The notes under the pieces are model-generated. The model had not been told where the DNA came from. It searched no databases and was given only the letters and a program-made list of their open reading frames with translations. From assembly GCA_964035545.1 (NCBI GenBank), contig OZ037766.1:28317673-28381672 (forward strand): DNA of 64,000 bases, written 5' to 3'. How positions within the stretch are numbered: position 1 is the stretch's first letter; every line of letters begins with the position of its first letter. Source of the stretch: Bugula neritina (Eukaryota > Animalia > Bryozoa). Position numbers and translations under genes: made by a program. This document shows positions 46,901 through 61,800 of this stretch, piece by piece.

Positions 46901-49900
46901 CTACATAATTTTAGACCTGTAGCTTGATGTTCTTCAAGCAACGGGCTGCTATGACTAATTAATTTTCTATCATTGCATTTGATTGTTCTACTCATAGTGT
47001 ATTGGCGAGTTAAAATTATTGGTAATTTAATGTATATTTTAGCTACCTCTGTACAATCAATGTTATAGTAATATCAATTAGGTTTTAAATTTCACTGAGT
47101 TTATAGTAAATTATTGCAACTGTTACATAACATTTGGCTAGTTCTCTAGTTCATTAAATAACCATACAAACTTAAATTTACAACATGACAAAACACACAA
47201 AGCAAAATTAAAATAAGCATATTATGAACCAATGTAATTGATAAGTGATAATGCTGTTGTAAAACATGAATTATCAAATTTAAATAGTTGTTATTACTAT
47301 TAGTATTACTATCATTATAACAACTATAATCATTATTACTATTACTATTAGTATTAGCATTAGTAGTAAAAAATGAGTAGAGTTCAACATATACAATCTA
47401 GCGTACTATAAAATTAAAAGTAGAAGTAGAACTTCTAAAACTATCATCTGCATCATTATCAGAACTATGAGTAATACTAGTAGTTGTACTAAGAGTAATA
47501 CTAATTATTAATACTAATAGACAATAGTAATAGTATCACTATGAGTATGAGACTTGGGCTGGCAGTGATTATCAGTATCAGCATCGTCATAGTCAAAAGT
47601 TACAAGAATTAGAAGCCATATTCATATTGATATTCTCATTGAGTTATGCATAGTCATATTCATAGTAATAGACATAGTCAATCACTGATTGAGTTAATGT
47701 CATAGTGATACTCATACTCATTATAATTAATTTATACGATACTCATACTCATAGTTATAGAGTATCATAGTCATAGTGACACTTCACCGTGAATTTAATA
47801 ATAATTTTAATTTAATATTATCATTGTTGCTAATGCGGGCTAGTAAGACATAATATTACCATTAGTAATGGTAATATTATGTCTTACTCTTAGTCTAACA
47901 GCAGCTTTATGAAAAAGTTAAACATAACTGATAACAAAACAAATTTAAAAAATAATACTGTAACAACCAATATAATGTATATCAATATGCTAGCAACCTA
48001 ATTTTCAGCTCACTTCATTAACTTTCCGTGCAGTATTGTGATGAAATAATATATTTATTAATGGTGACCTTGACATCTTTGTCCAAACGCCTTTCACGTC
48101 AAGCCCCGAACCAATTTGTAAAAATTTTGGATTTTTTACTTTTGATTATTTTTTACGAAAAGAGCTTCAAAATAAATTTAAAAAAAAGTGAGCTGTTGTC
48201 CACATGAAAAGAAATATATGAGCCAATTTTCTAAATTCAAAAAGTTACCAGAGGGTCACAATATTTTTTTTTAAAAATCTGTATTTTCACGGCAAGCTCT
48301 ATACGTTAATATAGAAAAATAGAAGACAACTCTTCTTTCAGATTTTTCATGTGCCACGGTCACGTCAATATCAGTGCTATTAACACATATATTTTAATTC
48401 ATTTTTTCTGGTATATTGAGTTGAGATTTTTTTTAAATATTTTGTGAATGCAACTAAAAAAGTATGAACTTTTAATTAACAGTAATTGATTTTATCGAAA
48501 TAACCTGGATGCCTACGATGTTTAAATAATGCTGCTAAAAATAGCATGGCATTATTTCCCTCTCCTTCTTGCGACTTAGCACAAGTGGGTATAGAGATTT
48601 TCAGCATTACAGCCTATACTAGACATAGATTAACGGTGACATAAGTGTTTATGTTATAGCATTTATAGCTATATTTATGCTATGCTGCACAAATTCAGAT
48701 ATGCTAAATTTTCATTAAATGTAAAGTGTTTAATTAATGGTAGCTAGTAATAAACAGTGATAAGAAATGTATTTTCTTTGCTAAGAGTCCTTTTGAAGTG
48801 CTAGAATAAACCAAGTTCAACTTGGATATACATAGGACCTACATAAACAACATAAAAACGAGTCAAAACACTTCGCTGTATAGTAAGGTTGGTGGAGTAC
48901 GACACAGGAAACTGTTGGGCTATATAACTGAATAACTGAACAGTGCAATGCTTATACAATATGTTGCTATGGGTTCTCATGTGACAAAAATTGTACTCTA
49001 TATGCATATTAATAGCTATTGAATCACTTTGGACATCATTCAGCAGTATATATGAACACTGAGAGAGGCAAGCATCTGCCAGGGTTGAAAATAGTCACAA
49101 AGGATGTATTTTATGTTGCAAGTTGATTTCAAAACTAGTATCTGAATACTAGTTATTCTGCACTATTAATGCAACTGTGGTACTGTATATGTTGTAGATC
49201 TTGTCAAGATGAGCAGCAACTATACTACTGTGTCCCATACTCATCCCTACGGACCTGAACATGAAAACTGTGACTTCCCACTTTCTGAAGAAGACAATTG
49301 CGTAAGTTTCCAGTCACGCGTTCTCTTGTAACACTGATTGTTGCATAATATGCTATACGTGCAAGTAAAAAATATTTGTATGGGAATAATGAAGCAGCAT
49401 TTGTTTGAAGTAACACCATATTGATAGAAGCAGCACTTAGCGTAGGGCCACACGAACGTTTTACACGCACTGGCAGGTGACGTGCGAGAAAACCCGTTTA
49501 GACCTGCCAAACATAATGCGTGAATTGCGAGTGTGGAAATCTATTAGCTAATCATTTTGGAGTTTAACTTTACTGCTCCCTTCATTTGTTTTTAAACTAC
49601 GTCATCAGCATATAATTATAAAAGTGGAACTGCAAACTATATGAAACGGTTTTAATTCAGTTCGCTAAAAGCTAAAAAACGTGAAGTCAAATAAAAAAGT
49701 GTGCTCGCTAAATGATAATAAGCCCATTAGATCAAACAGGCATGAGCTTGCTGCACTTCTCACTCAGCACGCTTAAAAATCCTGCACACAACGTCCTATT
49801 TTTGGGCTAAACGGTTTTCTTGCACTTCATGTGAGTGTAAAACGCTTAGTGTGACCCTACGCTTAGTTAGTGGTTACTGATTGCAGTTGTTGGGAGGGGG

Positions 49901-52743
49901 TTCCAGTTTCCAGTTTGAAGTTGGGACAACTATGTACATGTATATACATGCAAGCTCTGCACTCAGTCACCCGCAACTCCACGCTGCTTTTAGCCATTCC
50001 CTAATGCAAGAGTGATGGAATCTTAGCATGCCCACTATTTATTGCTCCAGGATTTTAAAGCTGCCAAGATAATTACGGCAGTGATTGTGTCAGCAGAATA
50101 ATGTGTTATGCAAGTAACTGCTGTAAATAAAGTGGTGTTTACAAAAAGGGCTATTCGTTGTACTTTGACCTATTACATTTTACAAGATAAATACTTCCTG
50201 GTAAAAACTATAGACATTGCATCTACAAATCCAGATACTTTACTTTGTTTTAGCAGCTGTTAACGTTGCTATTAAAATTATTACTTGCAGATAAAAAAGC
50301 TGCTATCTCTCACAGCTAATTTACTTTAGCTGTAGCTAAAGTAATATATGATTCTAGATATCCTGTAACTAAAGTGCAGTCTGCTTTTAGAGTGGTTATA
50401 TTGAGCCTAGATATCTGTATATAAAACTCATAGCATCAACTCAAATGCACTTTAAGAGATAAAGCAAAAAGTAAAAAGCTTCCCATTCAATAGACCCTTT
50501 TCAAATGTCCCTCTAGGGGCTTTTATAATTTGAAGTTGTCTCCTCCCACCCGGTATATGGGGGAGTCTATATGATATATAGAAAGTCATAAAATCAGGAG
50601 AAATTTAAGGTTTGTGTGAGGACTATTGCTAGCATGAGTTTTTTCTTTTCTGAGATAAATATTTTGGCCTAAGCATACATAATAGCAGTTCCAGAAAATT
50701 TTTAAAAATTTTCTTTCTTGACAAATCTTGAGAAAAATAAACTTCAAAGCATGTTTGTGGTTTTGGTTACTGAGCAAGTTGAAGTGGTAACTATGATACA
50801 AGTCTCATTAATTATTTGTTATACTGGCTGTCATGTTCAATTCATAGCTGTTGACCTTTCAACTTTTTGGTCAGAATCTGCTGTTAGCACAGTCTTAGAG
50901 CTCTGCTAGTGAATGAGACAGCAGATTAGCTGTTAGCATTTTCAATTAATTATATACTTATGCACCTATGTTATGAGAATAGCTAAACTACCTACCTCAA
51001 TACCCATCATTTTCAAGAAGCATTCTCACAAAACTATAGATAAACGATATATTATTAAATAGACTGGTTAAATTTGTATCATCAAACGAATATGAAATGT
51101 GGATTAATACATGTCGTTTAATTTTCTAGCAGGTTAAATGCATCTATTGCACTTGCAACAATTGTGCTCAAATAAATATATCTAGATAAACCCCGATAGC
51201 CTTTTAGCTGTTGGCATTCAGGTTTTTGTGTTACAGTTTTGTTATTTCTTAATATTATGCCTGTGGCTTGTAGTATAGGAACAGTAGTGAATAAATTGAG
51301 ATAGCCTAAGTTTTTTGAATTTCTTTATAAATTTTGGTGTTGCACATAACATAACTTCTTTTGCTACATTTCTAATCTAGAACAAAGGCTTTTCTCAATT
51401 TCTCCATTACTGCACCTACCCGTGTGTAGTAGTCATCTCTGTCAGCTGCAGTAGACTCAAGGTCCTAGTTAATGTAGGTGGTAGGTTAAAACATAGTTAT
51501 ATAATGAAATAGGTAAAAGGCCAACCTAAGCCAGCCATTACTGAACCTGAAAACCCAAGTTTCTCAACTCATCAAATTGCAACATAGGTAAACTGAATTA
51601 TCTGAAAACCGCTTCTGAAAGAATTTCTGGTTGAAAAGTATGAAGCAAATTCTGATAAAGGAAGCAGTGAAAGTATGTTGAAAATATTGAGTTATTAACT
51701 TTTTGCTTGGGTTTTCAGTGAAACCATTTAATGTTATAGCTTCTCAACTTCTCATGCTCTAAATATCTACATCAGCTAGTCTTATTGAAACTTAGCTGTA
51801 GTTTTACAGCTGGCTTGGCTGATCCTGGGTCACAAAATGTTATGCATAATCGAGGATAAGTTCACCCCAAGTATAACATATCGATCAATTAGAACTTTCA
51901 AATAAAACTATTAGACCTGTTGTAAAACATGCAATAAAGATATAGGGCAGACAAAATATTTCAAGATGATATTGAATTAAAAGATGTCTGCCTCTTGTAA
52001 ATACTTTAAATGAGCTTCTATTTTAAATATTCCTACAGAGTTTTGACTTTTTTTTCATTCATTTTTGTTCATGCCTACTTATATTATAGCCAGTATTTAC
52101 ACTGAATTTCGCAACATGTTGTCATGTCTGTGATATGCAATAAATCAATCAACTATATAAAATATGTTAAATAAATTTTTGCCTAAACTGAGCTTTGCTT
52201 CTCTTAGTAATATTTTTCTTTTAAAAAGGTTTTGGCTATAACATGAAACTATGTAAAGCATTGACGGTCCTTTGAACATAATGTAGTACAAACTCTTCAA
52301 AGTATAATTATGTGTACATGCTATAACACAGCTAAGCAGGCATGTGAGTAATTACATGTAACTAGCAGTGAAACTGGACCACTGCAGAGTTGAAAGGTCA
52401 ATTCAGCTATAAATTGCATGGCCATAACAGACAGGACAACAAATGATAATTGAGAATTAATCATAGTTGCTATTTCTGCATTGCCCAGCAACGGAAACCA
52501 CAAAAATGCGTTCAAGCATATTTTAGGCAACATTATTGCATGTTGGGAGGACACAACTCTTAATTTTAGCGGGACATTGAAGACCACTGAAAAGGGTCTA
52601 TTCCTTTTTTAAAAAATATACCTTCTATTGTTTTCTGCTTGACCATGCTAAATAAGCAAAATAGCACAAAAACCTGTCAATTTTTATATCTGTTTATTTA
52701 TTAATTACTATATCCTTAAATTTTTCTTTGCGTTTGACAAATT

Positions 52744-52831
<88 letters not shown>

Positions 52832-55800
52832 CTTAGATCAGTTAGTTTAATCTCAATAATTGGAATAAACTATTAGCTATGACTAAAACATAGAAAATAC
52901 CAAAACAATGACTCACTAGTTTCTACAGGAAGTTTCTGTTTAGTAAATAAACTGATTTCTAATAAATTCCAAAAGAAAGTTCCTATTGCCAGAAAGTTTT
53001 TGGCTAAGTTGTGGTGATTCCATAAAATGTCAACTATATGACAGTTGATTGATAATTACTTTATGTCTATTTAAACAAAGCATTGCATTGAGACTTTTTT
53101 GTATCAACAAATAAGATAATATACCAACTGCACTGCATATCATGTACATCAAAACATTATGTATAAAACATGTACCTATAACCATATGACATGATTGACC
53201 TATTTCTATCAAATAACAGGCTCTGTACACAAATACTTGTGTTGCTTCATAATATTATTGCAAAAAACTGCATTGTGTATAACTGATAGACTAAGTTTCT
53301 TACCATTTTCTGTTTCAGAATACGATACGGTTGATAAAGCAGATCATCTTTTCTATATCAATCTCCATGGATGTCATAGCTCTTTTTATATTAATTCTAT
53401 ACAGAAAATACACCTCATTTTCTCAGGTAAGTTAAACTTCCTATATTATAGTGCGTGTTATTAGCACAAGCATGCAATATGGGAGGGAGCAGGGCTCTTC
53501 TGACCTTAATCTGTGTGCAGTGAATTTCAGAAATTTAGGCAAAACCTACAGTCATTGAATGTTGTTTAGCAGATAGTGAAGGAATTATTCATCATTTGAA
53601 CTTTCATCTTGCATTGATGAATAAATTATTACACCATCTAAATGTAATCTACTGAACAGAGTACAGCCAAGTAATTAGCATTTATTAGTATTACAGTAGC
53701 AGCCACACATTCTGCACACAGCATATTAGTAACAGTATGTTGCCAACACTAAGGTTTTATTATCAGCGGTAAAGAGCTCAAATAACAGCAAATAAGGAAG
53801 TTACAATATAAAGTTGATGTTGGAAGCTTAGCACATTTATAGCAGTAGCTTGAGCAACATAAGATTTGAGTCATTTTACTTAATTTAGTACACACTTGAG
53901 ATTTTTAGTTTTTAGCTATTTTTCACAATTTAGTTGCTAATGTACATGGGTTTTTTGCTCAAAAAGAATAAAATATCAATAAATACTACTAAATAATCAA
54001 CGTTCTTTTTAATTTCGCTTAATGTCCAGTATTTTTACCTAATTATTTAGCCAAGTTAGATTTGCGGACTGTTACGGTTCGTTTTATTTAGCTGCATTCT
54101 TTAAATTTGTATTAGTTTAGAGCAAAACCCCATATAAATTAGCAGCTAAATTGTGAAAAATGACTAAAAACTAATGATCTTGAGTGTGCATGTACTAAAT
54201 TAATTAAAATGACTAATTTATACATGCAGTATACAGGTATAACGTTATAGTAAGATAATATTAAGGTATATAGTTTGATTAGAAACCTTGATTACACTGT
54301 CGATTAGTTTAGATATAACCATTTCCATTTCAAATTTATTGTGGGCTGACATATATGAATTTTTTCCATATATTGTGAGATAGATAACTTTATTTTTAAA
54401 AAATATTTAAAACTTAGGTGCCACATTGCTTGAAGTTTGATTAAACAAATTTGATACCGCTATTTCAACCTATTATGGGAAAATTTAAGATTTCTTCCTG
54501 TTAGACGGAGGTTATGTTTACAGAATACTAAGTTTGTTGCCAAGCAATATGGAACATTTAGTACCATAAAAAGACATTTAGCACAGGCTTAAAAGCTTAA
54601 AGGCATTTTTTAGTAAAAAAACACCTGGCTGAAATAAAAGTTTTAATACTTCAGTGTAAAAGCAAGACTCCTCTTTTCAATTAGATTGTCTTACATCAAT
54701 CATGTAAATAGTATAGCTGTGGTTAGAATATAACTGTAAATAAGGAACTACTGTCAGGATAGGAGTTATAGCTATTAATAAAGATTGATATTAGGATTTA
54801 TTTTGCCTCTTTCTTTATTTCCTCCTAAATATCAGCTGTATAATGTAGAAAATAATCTAGGCCGGGGTAGGTAACCAAGCGTATTATATTTGCTAAATGT
54901 AATGGTTAATGTGCAAATTAAAAGTACAGTGCAAATGAGTATAGTAAGTTACTTTACAGTTCTAGTAAATATTATGACATCATTAGTAAGCAACCATGAC
55001 CAGGTGGTAAAAGTGCTTGTCTGAAATATAGGCACATGATGTGATTTAAAAAACCAGTGAATCAAACCTCACTGGAACGTTAGTCATGATACTGTGGAAA
55101 GTATTTAGTCAAAACTTCTCCTATGCTCATCATCGGAGTTGCCGAAATTACTTGTTTAGAACTGAGTCTACTGTTTATCTCAAATCATTTGCTGACCATT
55201 TCAATAATATAGACTATAGACCATTCCAGTAAAACTGTTAGATTACTAAATACTAAAAGATCCGAGAGATTTAGGTGGTAGTTTTCTGTTATCAATGAAC
55301 ATTACGGTTAGCTGGTAGGTCAAATAGCAAATGAATTGCTTTCAGACTTGAAGTCAAGTGGGTATTTCAGTGATGAATTCAGATCTAAAAGATGCGGAAA
55401 TGCTATTCATAATAATATTGCAAAATATTTGGTCAACACACTAACAGTCTCCAATGCAAAGCAACACAGTTGACTAGCTGGTAGCTAGCAAACTAAGAAC
55501 AATGTAAAAGTCATGAAGTAATTTGCCAATTTAAGAAATTGTCCCTTTTCAGCTCCCATTTCCAGGTTTTGTATGCGAGTTACATCAATTGGTGCATGGA
55601 GTAAATATTATAAAATATTGAACAGTAATGTAAACACTACTAATTACTAACTTAGGTGAGGATTGCTTGGATATCAAGTAATCCTAAATGTTTCTATTTA
55701 TAAGGAGGTTGAAACTGTTGATGGGGTTAAACAACTTCACTTTATGTATTTCTAGTTTATTAGTTTAGGTCTTATGGTGTCTAAGTGTATATTATATTTG

Positions 55801-58800
55801 TTTGCAGAGAATTTTCCTGAACATCTTACTCTGCAATCTGGTGGAAGGGATAGCCCACCTGTTGGTAAGTGAGAGTTGACATAGTTTTAATTATGTTGTA
55901 CTGAAACTGTAAGTATAGTAAACGTAGCAAGTATAGTAAGCATAGTAAGTATAGTGTGATATGTAAATATTATAGTGAGCATATAAGGTATAGTAAGTAT
56001 AGTAAACTTATGTAGTAAGTATAATATGTAAATATAGTGAGTATATATTTAGTACAGCAAGTATACAGTAAGTATATTATGTAGAGTAAGGATAGTAAGT
56101 ATATAGGCTTATTTTATATCTATTTTCAACCAGTGACTGGGACCACAGGGGAGCAGGTAATAGTGGTAATAGTTTTCTAAATGACTTGGAGAAATAGATT
56201 ACAGTGAAAACAATTTGAAACATGTTTGCATCAATGATAAATTCAATAAATACATGCAATATAAACAAAATATTTTGCTTCAATTAGTCTATGACTTGAA
56301 AAAGCTAAATGTAGCCAGGAAAGCTGCATTGGCACCAGCTGCAGTTCAACAGCTAAACACTGTAAACTAAAGATTATTAGGACAGCACCTTTGGGTATAT
56401 TTGTAACTACCTTATACAGGGAATGCCAACTTTATTTAGTATATAGGCAAGCGTATGCTGTACAAGTTTTCCTCATTATCACCTATATTGTGTTTCATGT
56501 TGTAGGATGACGGCAAAGTGGGGCCAAAATGCCTTGTAGCTGCATTTTTTGTACAAACTGCTGGTAGGCACACATATATAACTTCAGAATTTCTGTTTTT
56601 CCTTTAGCAAACATTCTTTTTGTAACCCGCCATAATTTTCATTGCTATCATGTTAAAAGTTTGTTTCGATCTTCTGTAATATTCCATGTTGGCACGTATA
56701 CTAAGCCAATATCAAATAACCTATTATAGTAGCTGAACCATACTTGAGTAGCTACATTTTGATACAACATTTGTATTAAGTGTCAGCTTTAAATATATCT
56801 TTTGTACCATTCCATAAATTCAATCAACTGTACCAAAAAATGGTGCCAAAACATTGAAACCAAAAAGGTGTATCCAGGCATCTTTAAAATCGGGTTTTAT
56901 ATTTTCCCCCTTGCTTATAGGCATAAAGCATAAGAAAGTATTTTTAGTTTGTCTCTGCTTTGATTTCTATAAATAACAAAAATGTATCCTATCCACTGTA
57001 AAATTTCCTTATACATTAACAATGGTGGACATATTTAAGCTCAATTAGGTAGTTTCATATAAACTCTAGCTATCACATATCATAGAAAGAAAAACTAAAA
57101 AAAATGAAAACTATTCTCTAATTTTCTCTGACATTTCGAATTAAGACAGCAAGTGATGACCCATACGTCAGGTGATACTTTGTGTTTTAATTGGTTAAAC
57201 TAATTGAACTTGTGCAAAATCTGTTTTTAAAGTGCATATACAACTATGCGGCCTTATAGGCACAACACTTTTGTTTCTTTTGCAGGATTTGCACTGTTTA
57301 TGTGGGTTTGTGCGCTCAGTCTATTTCTCTTCTTACTTATCATGAAGAAGAGGAACACAAGCAGCTGTGAAATGTAAGTCTATATGTTTGCTTTTGAAAT
57401 AATTTTAATATTTCACACTCTACGAATATAAAATTTTTAAATGCGCTGCTGTATACTTTAAATTAATGATAGCTAAATGCTGGGTGATGATGCTTAAAAA
57501 ATATTAATATTTTATAGCTGCCCTATATAATGTCTTAGTTGTCTTCTCCCATAAAATGTAATATTATTTCAATCTTGTTTACAGAGAAGATAATTGCTTT
57601 CGAGTAATTTTGGGGACACAATTACCGTATATTTTCATAAGTGTCTGGTTATTACAAAAAATAGTTCTTATAGTACTAAAAATATTCTCAATTGTTGACA
57701 AAGAAAGCTGTTTTAAAGTATGCACATACATGTTATTCGTTTATACTGATACTAATCATTATTAATAATAATGTTATACAGAGTTTGATTGAAAACAGTT
57801 ACAAATGTAGCAGTTGTATTTGTAGAAGTTACATTCTGGTTTGCTACGGAGTACCAGTGATCACTGGAATTATACCGTTTATTACTCAAGATTATGGGCC
57901 TGCTGGAGCTTTTTGTTGGGTAGAAGTAGATGCTTTGAGATTTGCCATGTGAGTTTTCTTAGGCATCATATTTATAAATTTATTCTTTTGGCATACAAAA
58001 TTTGTTTCACTTTTTAACGTTTGAAAAAATGGTAGACCTGGACGCCAAATAGACATGTTTGGTAAGTATCAAAGTTATTTTTATGGTAAATCATTTTTTA
58101 TGAATCATCATTTATGCTCTTTGGTTGACGCAGTAATGGCATTTTGATCAATCAGAGCTGTGTTTGAATAAAGGAGCCTCTATTTTATAGTTTCTGTATT
58201 TTGTAAATCATCCATCTCAAATCTATCATGATTTGTGTATTTCTTCATTCATATAAACATAATAGTAGTGAGGAATAATTATTTCCTTGATGATGGAATT
58301 TTCCAGTGTTGGAATGACACAAAACATTATTAATTCGTTAATTCACCTACTATTCAGTAAGCATATATTACAAGGTGCAATCAGATAAATACAAGCCCAC
58401 TTATTCAACTTTGATTATGTATATAACTTTTATAAAGCCAGTGGCTAAACATGTTTTTTATGAAACCATTATTTGTATTTTATTATTTGCATTGATATCT
58501 AATCTCTCTTTTTGCTGAATACATGCAGATGGTGGGTTCCAGTGCCAATTGGGATGGTTTTAATACTGATAGCATTCATTATAATGATTGTGAAAACTGT
58601 TAGAAAACCTTTGAAGGATGTTTCAGAAAGAATGCAAAAAGAAAACAAGGTATTTTAAATTTCAAATAGTTTCATTTGTTAGTATTCATATTTTAAGGGT
58701 GCCATATTTTTTTTATTTCATTTTGAGTTAGGCAATTGCCAATTTAAACTAATTTTTCCATGACAAGAAATCACTTACGGTTAGAACAAATTTCAAAAGT

Positions 58801-61800
58801 AACAATTTGTTTTCCATAGCTAAATTTCTAAAATTAACAGAAAATTCAAGTTAAAAATTCAAATTAATTGTTTGCATTTAGATATAAAGATATTTTAGAT
58901 TCCAATTAAATTGAGGCAACAATTTAGTATAGATTTTAGTAATAATATTTTACCATTTTTTTAAATTTTGTTTTGTTAAAATCAGTGCAAATTTTGTGCG
59001 CAGCAAAATTCTCGTAGTTTAATTTGTCACTAAAAACTTTAAGCAGCCTATATTCTAACAAAGTTTGTCTATTTGGAAAAAAAAACATTTAAAATAAATT
59101 GTAATTAAATTAATTATAGATTTTAAATTGACTGAAAATAACTATTTAGTTTTTACATATACATTAGCAACGGCTGTTGCAACATGTGATTTATCAACCC
59201 TACTTTTGGTAAATTTTCTAATTGTTTTTTTTTAATATAAAATTTATTTGAATTGTTGAAGTGACATAAATTTGCTATGATGAGCAAGATCATCAGCTTA
59301 AATCATAACCATTACTTTAAATTATTTGTGTACCTCTAAATAATTGCAGCATATGGTAGAAATAATACATACATGCATTGATTCTGTAAATTAAATGGAA
59401 AAAACATCTTACAGCCAATCATAGACCTGAGTTTGTAAAATTGACCAATCCAGAGCCTATTATAGACCATCATTTAATTATATGTCAGTTTATTCTAATA
59501 TAAGTTAAAACAGTTATAAAATGCCTGCCAAAATGATGATATTATACATACTGGGCTATTGCAGTCACTATATAATGGAAACATATCATGCCAATTATAT
59601 GTGTATAAAATAGTGATAAAAATCTGTTTTTCCTCTTGCAATACCTCATACTGATCTGTACTCTATATGTGTGCATAGTTTTGAGATGATCCACTTGTTG
59701 AAAATATATATAATTGTTATTGTTTATTATGTAAACAAAATATTTTAGCAATTGCATACCATGCGAATTTAATAGACTTACAAGTTGTTCAGTCATAACA
59801 TTTACTCTAATCTGTATTTTAGAACTCAAAAATACAACAATAACTTTATGATGATTCCTTTTATGAAAAGTCTTGTAGGTTTTTTTCAGATTTCTTCTGT
59901 ATATTTCAGAGGCTGGTAAAGAATTATTTACAACCATTGGCTGGATATGGAGTCACCTTCTTCATTTTACACTCCATTATGTTTACAGAGAGACTCACAA
60001 CTCTTTCCGGAAAGACGCCAATCTTTGCTGTTAAAATTCTTCAGATTATATGCATTTCTAGCTATGGTATGTCACAGTATCACACGTGCGTCAATTTTTG
60101 TCACATATGACGCATTTCTAGCTATGCTATGTAATAGTTTTACACATGTCATGTCATGTCATGAATTTCATGCCACTATGAGTTATCTGGGTTGCAAATA
60201 AGTAAATTACATTGCTATAATATAATTAATAAAAAGTAAACATCAATTAGTACTATATAATAATCAATAAGCATTCAATTGGTATAGCTATTAATCTCGC
60301 TAGCTTCAGAAGTTTTGAGCTAGGTGTTTGAAAATACTGTTTATAAATTTTAGCCATCATAGAAAAATTCTTAATAATTAAATTGCATAGTTAGATATAA
60401 CTGACCACAGTATTTTACACATAATATATTCTTTCTAGAAGTATGATATTATAGGTGATTATACTGTTGCTTATAACATGCTTCTATATTGTCTAGGTAC
60501 TATTCTATGCACACTGTTCTATGTTACTAATGGATGCAAAGGCTTGTCAAAGGAAAAGTTAGCAGTAGCTTTGAAGGAGCACAAGTACCACTTGTGTAGA
60601 AAATCTCGCAGAGGTGAGTTTATTAGCAATGAGTCCTTAAGCTGTTACTTCCAAACTAAAAAGACTTATTTTACTGAACAGAAATTGCAGAGAATGTTGG
60701 TTAAATACACTGTTGAGAATTAGTATTCGCACTTGATGGAGTAGACAATTCTTGATTAATTTACTAACTGAAAGTTATATGGGTATAAATGAAAACTTTG
60801 GCACATATTTGCATGACTAAAAATTGATTAATAAAATGACAACTACAATAACATATTTTTTATAGATTTACCTTGTATCCATGAATAAATAAAATTATAA
60901 TGTAAAAAATAAAATAAGTAAAAATGAATCAAGTATAAAACTAGCTAAGAAGTATCTATTAAGTCTGGAGATGTGAAAATTGGGGTAAACTTGGTGTATA
61001 GCTATTTAAGCTACCCACTTTCCACATATAAAGCTTTATAAAATTATTTGAGATCCGAAATAAATTATCACTAAGCTAACTTTTTTTTATTTATATAATT
61101 ATAGTATATACAAATATAGTAAAAATTATTCAAATTATATTTTGTATAGATGCATGGTTCATCTTTTTATTAGTAGGCCTACACAACTTGGTGCATTGAA
61201 TTTTTAGAACAAACAATATAGTTGAATAATTGGATAGTATCTTGTAATTTTGAATTGCTTGCAAGGTATTTCGCAATAAATTGCATAAACTTCAGTTATT
61301 GCATTATTAGTTTATCACACTGTAGCTATGGTACAGACTATGAGTATCAGGGGTGCTGATTCAGAAACACATGTTGGAAATAGAGTGACAACTAACATTG
61401 GTGTGGCAGTTATAAGCGGAACCCCGGCTTCACCCAACAACCAGCAGCAAGATCTTAATCTAACGTACACTACTGAAAGCAAAGTAAGTACAATTTGAAG
61501 CAACGAAAGTTGTAGTAGTGACAGTCCTATAGTTGTGTTAGGCCAATGCACTTATTTCCCTGCACACCCTGTGATATTAAGTTTTTAGTATGCTTAGATA
61601 TCTGGTCATAAAGTTAAGTATTTTTCCAATATTAACTGTGTTTGCTAAAAAAAGCTCTTTGCTTAGAATTAGTAAAATCTTTATGCTTGCTTCGTCTGCT
61701 AAAATGCAGAGTTATTTGAATAATAATTTGGTGCCTATATAGTATAAGAACTATAATATGAATTATAGCATGTAATTTTATATCAATACTGCATGAATAC

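Noticed and set aside
54985-55160. Second SINE-like segment
   Set aside because: Only a weak A-box-like head, no clear B box and no second copy in the window.
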